A stretch of 55,227 bases of DNA. Source: an uncultured Rikenella sp. GTDB lineage: Bacteria > Bacteroidota > Bacteroidia > Bacteroidales > VadinHA17. This document shows, piece after piece, positions 49,050-55,227 of this stretch. Location: contig CAZOHL010000005.1 of the NCBI GenBank assembly GCA_964579645.1, positions 1 to 55,227 on the forward strand, read 5' to 3'. Within the stretch, counting starts at the first letter, position 1, and every line of letters begins with the position of its first letter. Made by a program: the position numbers and the translations under genes. Below the pieces are notes generated by a model. The model made no database searches. It was not told the DNA's origin and saw nothing but the letters and a program-made list of their open reading frames with translations.

Positions 49050-50297
49050 ATGAGTTTCCCCGAGAGTATCAGAAGTATCTATCAGGCACAGCTTGCAGAG
49101 ATACACAATGCCGGCATTTTCAAGGAGGAAAGATTCATTCACAGCGCACAGTCGGCCGACATAGAAGTTGAGTTCCCTGCAGGTTCGGACCTGAAGAAGG
49201 TAATTAATATGTGTGCCAACAATTACCTTGGCCTCTCCAGCCATCCGGAGGTGATAAAAGCTGCTCACGACGGACTTGAGTCGAGGGGTTACGGCATGTC
49301 ATCCGTAAGATTTATCTGCGGCACACAGGACATCCACCGTGAGCTTGAAAACAGGGTTACTGATTTCCTTGGCACCGAGGACACGATACTGTTTCCGTCA
49401 TGCATGGATGCCAATGCCGGCGTATTTGAAGCCATACTCACCAGTGAGGATATTATGATTTCAGACCGTCTTGTCCATGCTTCAATAATAGACGGTATGA
49501 GGCTCTGCAGTGCACAGCATGACACCTTCAAGCATTCGAGCATGGAGCACCTGGAGGAGAAGCTGCAGCTGCATGCAGATAAGAGGCTGAAGCTGGTGAT
49601 CACTGACGGTGTCTTCTCAATGGACGGTGATACGGCAATGCTTGACAGAATGGTGGATCTGTGTGACAAATACGGAGCCATGCTGCTGGTCGACGACTCC
49701 CACGCCACAGGTTTCATAGGGAAAACAGGAAGGGGAACTCATGAATACTGCGGAGTTTTTGGGAAGATTGACATAATCACCACAACTTTCGGTAAAGCTC
49801 TCGGAGGTGCCTCCGGCGGTTGTGTTTCAGGGCGAAAGGAAATTGTGGATATGTGCAGGCAGAAGGCACGTCCCTACCTCTTCTCAAACACAATTGCCCC
49901 GGTGATAGTCTCGGGGGTCCTGAAGGTATTTGACATTCTCTCCGGCAGCACCGAAAGGCGCGATAAGCTCGAAAAGAATGCAGCATACTGGCGGAAGGGA
50001 CTGACAGAGGCCGGGTTCATTCTTAAGGAGGGTAATACCCCCATCGTGCCTGTGATGCTTTTCAACGCGAAGCTTTCTCAGGATTTCTCGAAAGACCTTT
50101 ACCGCGAGGGGATCTATGCAATCGGCTTCTTCTTCCCGGTTGTGCCAAACGGCCAGGCACGGATACGCACACAGATTTCTGCCGGCCACGAAATACATCA
50201 CCTTGACCGTGCACTTGAAGCATTCATAAGGGTGGGAAAGAAACACGGTATTCTGGGCCTCACCCACGACCAGATTGTTGAGAAATACGGGCTGTGA
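49050..50297 (+). CDS. PLP-dependent alpha-oxoamine synthase, divergent Kbl paralog
   Basis: MCANNYLGL, GMSSVRFICGTQDIHRELE, VHASIIDG, VDDSHATGF and FGKALGGASGG (catalytic Lys present). Has a short C-terminal extension relative to Kbl. Confidence 0.85.
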   Translation: MSFPESIRSIYQAQLAEIHNAGIFKEERFIHSAQSADIEVEFPAGSDLKKVINMCANNYLGLSSHPEVIKAAHDGLESRGYGMSSVRFICGTQDIHRELENRVTDFLGTEDTILFPSCMDANAGVFEAILTSEDIMISDRLVHASIIDGMRLCSAQHDTFKHSSMEHLEEKLQLHADKRLKLVITDGVFSMDGDTAMLDRMVDLCDKYGAMLLVDDSHATGFIGKTGRGTHEYCGVFGKIDIITTTFGKALGGASGGCVSGRKEIVDMCRQKARPYLFSNTIAPVIVSGVLKVFDILSGSTERRDKLEKNAAYWRKGLTEAGFILKEGNTPIVPVMLFNAKLSQDFSKDLYREGIYAIGFFFPVVPNGQARIRTQISAGHEIHHLDRALEAFIRVGKKHGILGLTHDQIVEKYGL

Positions 50298-50437
50298 CTC
50301 CCGCAGAACCGACACCCGGCTCCGGCAGTCCGTTTTGGTTTTTATTTCATTGTTCCCTGTAATTGATGATTATCATCATTGGATAATGACGGTAAAAGCC
50401 CATCTTTGCAGTCGTTTTACCTAATTATTTCCTTAAA

Positions 50438-51628
50438 ATGTACGACAGTTACAGGGATCATCTTGTGGTCCAGCTTGAGGAGATCAGGGAGGCTGGTCTC
50501 TATAAGAACGAGCGTGTCATTGTTTCGCCCCAGGGGGCAGAGATAACCCTGAATACAGGGCAGAAGGTGCTTAACTTCTGTGCCAATAACTACCTGGGCC
50601 TCTCGGCGAACAAAAAGCTTGTTGAAGCGGCAAAGGAAGCGCTTGATACTCACGGCTACGGCATGTCTTCGGTCCGTTTCATATGCGGAACGGGTGACCT
50701 TCACAAGGAGCTGGAGAAAAAGATAGCCGGTTTCTTCGGTACCGAAGACACAATCCTTTACGCTGCATGTTTCGATGCCAACGGCGGCGTGTTTGAACCC
50801 CTGCTCACGAGTGATGATGCAATCATCAGTGACTCACTGAACCATGCCTCAATAATTGATGGGGTAAGGCTGTGCAAGGCGAACCGATACAGGTACGAAA
50901 ACGCTGACATGGAAGACCTTGAGGCGCAGCTACAGCAGGCACAGGAACACCGTTTCAGGCTTATAGTGACTGACGGTGTCTTCTCAATGGACGGCAATGT
51001 TGCTCCGCTCGGCAAAATTTACGAGCTGGCAAACAGGTACAATGCAATGGTGATGGTCGATGAATCGCACTCCGCAGGTGTGGTGGGAGAGACCGGCCGC
51101 GGCGTCACCGAGCTTTACGATCTCCGGGGAAAAATAGAGATCATTACCGGCACACTCGGGAAAGCCTTCGGCGGCGCCATCGGTGGCTTCACAACAGGAA
51201 AGAAGGAGATAATCGAGATGCTGCGCCAGCGTTCGAGGCCATACCTATTCTCCAACTCCATCCCTCCCCTTGTGGCCGCGGCCGGCCTGAAGATGGTGGA
51301 AATGATGACCGAAACCAACGAACTCCAGGACAAACTCCATCACAACACCAGGTATTTCATGGAGAGAATGCTGAAGGCAGGTTTTGACATCAAGCCTACA
51401 CAGTCAGCCATATGCGCCGTGATGCTCTATGATGCCAAACTCTCGCAGGAAATGGCCGCAAGGCTCCTGAAGGAAGGCATCTACGTGATCGGGTTTTACT
51501 ATCCTGTGGTTCCAAAAGGTCAGGCCCGCATCAGGGTCCAGCTCTCGGCTGCCCACGAAACAGAACATCTTGACAAGGCTATTGCTGCATTTACAAAGGT
51601 CGGAAAAGACCTTGGTGTATTGAAATAA
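50438..51628 (+). CDS. kbl: Glycine C-acetyltransferase (2-amino-3-ketobutyrate CoA ligase)
   Basis: Collinear with E. coli Kbl: FCANNYLGL, SVRFICGTGDLHKELE, CFDANGGVFE, NHASIIDGVRLCKA, TLGKAFGG, YPVVPKGQARIRVQ. Confidence 0.9.
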   Translation: MYDSYRDHLVVQLEEIREAGLYKNERVIVSPQGAEITLNTGQKVLNFCANNYLGLSANKKLVEAAKEALDTHGYGMSSVRFICGTGDLHKELEKKIAGFFGTEDTILYAACFDANGGVFEPLLTSDDAIISDSLNHASIIDGVRLCKANRYRYENADMEDLEAQLQQAQEHRFRLIVTDGVFSMDGNVAPLGKIYELANRYNAMVMVDESHSAGVVGETGRGVTELYDLRGKIEIITGTLGKAFGGAIGGFTTGKKEIIEMLRQRSRPYLFSNSIPPLVAAAGLKMVEMMTETNELQDKLHHNTRYFMERMLKAGFDIKPTQSAICAVMLYDAKLSQEMAARLLKEGIYVIGFYYPVVPKGQARIRVQLSAAHETEHLDKAIAAFTKVGKDLGVLK

Positions 51629-51724
51629 TTTATTTTTTAATTCCTGTCATTTATTAATAGGTATAGATCAGGTTTAAAAAATTAAAATAATTTCCGCTTT
51701 CTCTTGTATTCTTAAATTTATGGT

Positions 51725-51732
51725 TATTTTTG
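51725..51732 (+). promoter_or_regulatory. Candidate -7 box TAttTTTG for the ilv leader transcript
   Basis: tatttttg lies 19 nt upstream of the leader ATG at 51751. Confidence 0.45.
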
Positions 51733-51750
51733 CCAACCATAAGTAGGACT

Positions 51751-51807
51751 ATGTACCACACATCACTATTTATTGCCCTGTTTATTATCATCGCCATAAG
51801 CGGATGA
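51751..51807 (+). CDS. Ile-rich leader peptide MYHTSLFIALFIIIAISG (ilv attenuation leader candidate)
   Basis: 18 codons, 5 Ile including the run ATT ATC ATC .. ATA. The stop TGA abuts the first arm of the alternative hairpins. Confidence 0.6.
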   Translation: MYHTSLFIALFIIIAISG

Positions 51808-51875
51808 CCGGGGAGTAGTATATAGTGAGGATAATATTATATAAAAGCTTCCCGGAAAACCGGGGAGCTTTTTTT
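51808..51875 (+). promoter_or_regulatory. Attenuator: alternative antiterminator/terminator structure upstream of ilvD
   Basis: ccggggag (51808-15) and ccggggag (51860-67) can each pair with cttcccgg (51848-55). The distal pairing extends to aaagcttcccgg-aaaa-ccggggagcttt plus a T run. Confidence 0.6.
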
Positions 51876-51892
51876 GTTTCAATAACGCTGTA

Positions 51893-53719
51893 ATGAAAAA
51901 AGAACTGAGAAGCCTGCAGACGATGAGCGGAAGGACGATGGCCGGTGCCAGGAGCCTATGGCGTGCAAATGGAATGAAGGAGGAACATTTTGGCAGGCCT
52001 GTGATAGCTGTTGTCAACTCATTCTCGCAGTTCGTGCCGGGCCACGTGCACCTGCAGCAGGCTGGCATCGTAATCAGGGAAGAGCTTGCCCGCAGGGGGC
52101 TTTTTGCAGCCGAGTTTAACTCAATTGCAATTGATGACGGTATAGCCATGGGGCACGGTGGAATGCTCTACTCACTCCCCTCACGTGACCTTATTGCTGA
52201 CAGCGTGGAGTATGTCTGCAATGCACACCGTGCTGACGCGATGATCTGCATCAGCAATTGCGACAAGATTACTCCCGGTATGCTGATGGCCGCCATGCGG
52301 CTGAATATTCCCGCACTGTTCGTTTCGGGCGGACCGATGGAAGCGGGTCTCTCGGCCGGAAAAGCTGTTGACCTGATCGATACAATGGTGGCCGCCGCCG
52401 ATGACTCGGTCTCCGCTGAAAAGCTCGGTGACCTTGAGAGATCATCATGTCCCTCCTGCGGATCCTGCTCGGGGATGTTCACAGCCAACTCCATGAACTG
52501 CCTGGCCGAGGCGCTCGGTCTTGCATTGCCCGGCAACGGCACCGTGCTGGCAACACACTCTGACAGGATGAAGATATTCCGGAGGGGAGCACACCTGATA
52601 GCTGATCTTGCTGAAAGGTACTACAATGACGGCGATGAAACAGCATTGCCACGCTCCATAGCCACCAGGGAAGCATTCATGAATGCAATGACTGTTGATA
52701 TCGCCATGGGGGGCTCAACCAACACCGTTCTGCACCTGCTTGCCATAGCGCATGAGGCCGGGGTGAATTTTTCCATGAAAGACATAGATCAGCTCTCACG
52801 CAATGTTCCGAACTTATGCAAGGTCTCCCCTGCTTCGGCATATCATGTTGAAGATGTCAACCGCGCCGGAGGTGTCTTTGCAATCATGGGTGAGCTTTAC
52901 AGGGCGGGGTTGATTGATGCTTCTGCCCGCAGGATTGACTATCCGTCAGTTGAAGAGGCGCTGGCCGGATGGGATATTTTGAGTCCGGCCGTGTTGCCGG
53001 AAGCACCTGATCTCTTTCTCTCTGCCCCTGACAGGTCAGCCGGGTCCGAACCCTTCGCCTCCCGGGCAAGGTACACTTCACATGACACTGACAGGGTTAC
53101 CGGGGCAATAAGGGATAGAAGTCATGCATACAGCAATGACGGAGGGCTGGCGGTACTTTATGGAAACCTTGCTCCTGGCGGATGCATTGTGAAGACGGCA
53201 GCCATTGACAGCTCAATGCTGCGGTTCAGCGGACCGGCAGTGGTCTTTGACTCCCAGGAGGATGCCGTGGCCGGCATTCTCGGAGGCATGGTCAGGGAGG
53301 GTGATGTTGTGGTGATCCGTTATGAGGGGCCCCGCGGCGGCCCGGGGATGCAGGAGATGCTGTACCCCACATCATATCTCAGGTCAAAAGATCTTGACCG
53401 CCGGTGCGCCCTCATCACTGACGGCCGCTTCTCGGGAGGATCTGCCGGTCTCTCGGCAGGGCACCTCTCCCCAGAGGCCGCCGCCGGGGGAACAATAGCC
53501 CTGGTGGGCAACGGCGACAGGATAATGATTGACATTCCTGCCAGAACCATCAGGCTGGAAGTGGATGAGACTGTCCTGGAGACAAGACGCAGAGCAGAGG
53601 AAGCCAGGGGAACCGCGGCATTCACACCGAAGAACAGGGTCCGCAGGGTTTCAGATGCACTGAAGGTTTATGCAGCTCATGTCAGCTCTGCAGACCGGGG
53701 TGCAATAAGAGAGATTTGA
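51893..53719 (+). CDS. ilvD: Dihydroxy-acid dehydratase
   Basis: [50 protein letters not shown] and [10 protein letters not shown]. Confidence 0.95.
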   Translation: MKKELRSLQTMSGRTMAGARSLWRANGMKEEHFGRPVIAVVNSFSQFVPGHVHLQQAGIVIREELARRGLFAAEFNSIAIDDGIAMGHGGMLYSLPSRDLIADSVEYVCNAHRADAMICISNCDKITPGMLMAAMRLNIPALFVSGGPMEAGLSAGKAVDLIDTMVAAADDSVSAEKLGDLERSSCPSCGSCSGMFTANSMNCLAEALGLALPGNGTVLATHSDRMKIFRRGAHLIADLAERYYNDGDETALPRSIATREAFMNAMTVDIAMGGSTNTVLHLLAIAHEAGVNFSMKDIDQLSRNVPNLCKVSPASAYHVEDVNRAGGVFAIMGELYRAGLIDASARRIDYPSVEEALAGWDILSPAVLPEAPDLFLSAPDRSAGSEPFASRARYTSHDTDRVTGAIRDRSHAYSNDGGLAVLYGNLAPGGCIVKTAAIDSSMLRFSGPAVVFDSQEDAVAGILGGMVREGDVVVIRYEGPRGGPGMQEMLYPTSYLRSKDLDRRCALITDGRFSGGSAGLSAGHLSPEAAAGGTIALVGNGDRIMIDIPARTIRLEVDETVLETRRRAEEARGTAAFTPKNRVRRVSDALKVYAAHVSSADRGAIREI

Positions 53720-53734
53720 AAAATAATCAGGCGA

Positions 53735-55227
53735 ATGAAAAAGAATATCAGTCATAAATTGCCGGGCCGGGCAGAATCATCCCTGCCTGCGGACAGGCTG
53801 ACTGAAACAACAGCAGCAGAGAATGTTCCTGCAACGGATTCTTTGGTCAGTACGGTACAAGGTAATGTAATTACCGGAGCCGAAGCGCTCCTGAAATCAC
53901 TTGTCGAGGAGGACGTTGACACAATCTTTGGTTACCCCGGCGGTGCCATCATGCCTGTATATGACAAGCTGCTCGACTACAGCAGTAGTCTCAGGCATAT
54001 ACTCACAAGGCACGAGCAGGGTGCCGCACATGCAGCACAGGCCTATGCCATGGTAACGGGTAAACCGGGAGTCTGCTTCGCCACATCCGGTCCTGGAGCC
54101 ACCAACCTCGTGACCGGAATCGCCAATGCTTATCTTGACTCGGTGCCCGTGGTCTTCATAACGGCACAGGTGACATCTGCACTCATTGGTACGGATGCAT
54201 TCCAGGAGACTGATATCCTGGGCATTTCGATGCCTGTAACCAAATGGAATGCGCAGGTGAAGAAAGCCGCTGAAATACCGGACACAATTTCCAGGGCATT
54301 CTATATAGCGCGTACCGGGCGGCCCGGCCCTGTACTGGTTGACATATCAAAGGATGCCCAGAATGAGATCATGACTTTCCGTTACAGCAAGTGCACATAT
54401 ATACGCAGCTACAATCCGGTGAACCCACTTGTCAGCAGGGATATTGAATCAGCCGCAGTGATGATCAACCATGCGGAAAGGCCCCTGGTCCTGGCCGGCC
54501 ACGGGGTTATCATCTCCGGTGCCGTGGCTGAGCTGAAGACCTTTGCCGAAAAGGGAGGTATACCCGTAGCCGTCACCCTGCTTGGGATACCGGCATTCAG
54601 TCATGATCACAGGCTCTTCGCCGGTATGCTGGGCATGCATGGCAACTACGCCCCCAATGTGCTGACAAACAAAGCTGACCTGATCATTGCCGCCGGAATG
54701 CGATTTGATGACCGGGTGACAGGTAACCTTAAGAAGTATGCACCACAGGCAAGGGTAATACACATTGAGATAGACAGGTCTGAGATAGACAAGAATGTCA
54801 GGGCTGATCTTGGCATCAACGGAGATGTGAAAGAAATCCTGACAGCCATGCTTCCGAATATAAGGGAAAGAAAAAGGGAGGAATGGATACGCGAGTTCAG
54901 GATCCTTGACTCCAGGGAGCACGAAAAGGTCATCAGGCCTGAGACGGAGCCGGACCAGGGCGAACTGAAAATGGGTGAAGTGGTGAAGGTAATCTCGGAA
55001 CTTGCCCCTCGGAACGCAGTGGTGGTGACCGATGTCGGTCAGCACCAGATGGCGGTTGCACGATATTACAGATTCTCTGACACCAATACCCTTGTTACCT
55101 CGGGAGGTATGGGAACGATGGGCTTCGGCCTGCCGGCAGCATTGGGAGCTGCCTCGGGAACCACTGATAATGCGGTTATAGCTTTCATCGGCGACGGCGG
55201 ATTCCAGATGACAGTCCAGGAACTTGG
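53735..55227 (+). CDS. ilvB: Acetolactate synthase large subunit (biosynthetic, ThDP-dependent), 3'-truncated by the window end
   Basis: Not in the ORF track because there is no stop in the window. My translation from ATG 53735 gives ...ITGAEALLKSLVEEDVDTIFGYPGGAIMPVYDKL...TSGPGATNLVTGIANA...GGMGTMGFGLPAALGA and stays open to 55227. Confidence 0.9.
   Translation, partial: MKKNISHKLPGRAESSLPADRLTETTAAENVPATDSLVSTVQGNVITGAEALLKSLVEEDVDTIFGYPGGAIMPVYDKLLDYSSSLRHILTRHEQGAAHAAQAYAMVTGKPGVCFATSGPGATNLVTGIANAYLDSVPVVFITAQVTSALIGTDAFQETDILGISMPVTKWNAQVKKAAEIPDTISRAFYIARTGRPGPVLVDISKDAQNEIMTFRYSKCTYIRSYNPVNPLVSRDIESAAVMINHAERPLVLAGHGVIISGAVAELKTFAEKGGIPVAVTLLGIPAFSHDHRLFAGMLGMHGNYAPNVLTNKADLIIAAGMRFDDRVTGNLKKYAPQARVIHIEIDRSEIDKNVRADLGINGDVKEILTAMLPNIRERKREEWIREFRILDSREHEKVIRPETEPDQGELKMGEVVKVISELAPRNAVVVTDVGQHQMAVARYYRFSDTNTLVTSGGMGTMGFGLPAALGAASGTTDNAVIAFIGDGGFQMTVQEL

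Noticed and set aside
49050-50297. Calling the Kbl paralog a serine palmitoyltransferase, BioF or sulfonolipid synthase
   Set aside because: Its sequence blocks (SVRFICGTQD.H.ELE, HASIIDG, FGKALGGASGG) track Kbl closely, and the adjacent ligase is a short-chain AcsA type rather than a fatty-acyl FadD type. Assigning a lipid-forming function is not supported without phylogeny.
54449-55045. 198-aa minus-strand ORF, the only ORF-track call in this region
   Set aside because: It is antisense to an open plus-strand frame that I translated from ATG 53735 with clear acetolactate-synthase motifs. The plus-strand frame is missing from the track only because it has no stop codon before the window end.

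Overview
This is a chromosomal segment that reads as Bacteroidota: it has a SusC/SusD pair, many lipoprotein-type signal peptides, and TAnnTTTG-type -7 boxes upstream of genes. Positions 1-16.6 kb hold the 3' end of a tRNA-Gln, then a minus-strand polysaccharide-utilisation-type operon. That operon encodes an IPT-domain lipoprotein, SusC, SusD, two tandem uncharacterised hydrolase-like paralogs, two nucleoside-hydrolase-fold proteins, a GH97, a ribokinase and a sugar permease, with a divergent LacI-family regulator. In gene content it resembles the ribose-utilisation (rus) PULs of Bacteroides. Positions 16.6-45.7 kb are mostly housekeeping or envelope genes. They include YitT, DUF2264, an AEC transporter, an OmpR/HK pair followed by an OMP and a large lipoprotein, acylphosphatase, PBP1A, an M48 protease, HflK/HflC, MscL, dodecin, a Kbp-like BON-LysM protein, a serine hydrolase, TcdA, TatD and GltX. 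This stretch also contains a three-gene metal-type cluster: a Cys/His-rich membrane protein, a TonB-dependent receptor and a periplasmic HMA protein. Positions 45.9-55.2 kb hold tdh and kbl separated by an AcsA-type adenylating enzyme, a DltC-like carrier protein and a second Kbl-type oxoamine synthase, followed by an Ile-rich leader-peptide attenuator and ilvD-ilvB. I found no CRISPR array, rRNA, integrase, transposase or recognisable defence gene. The best candidates for something undescribed are the carrier-protein-linked tdh/kbl cluster, the rus-like PUL with its duplicated unknown hydrolases, and the Cys/His-rich protein/TBDR/HMA cluster. All functional calls rest on motifs I recognise in the translations; no database search was possible.
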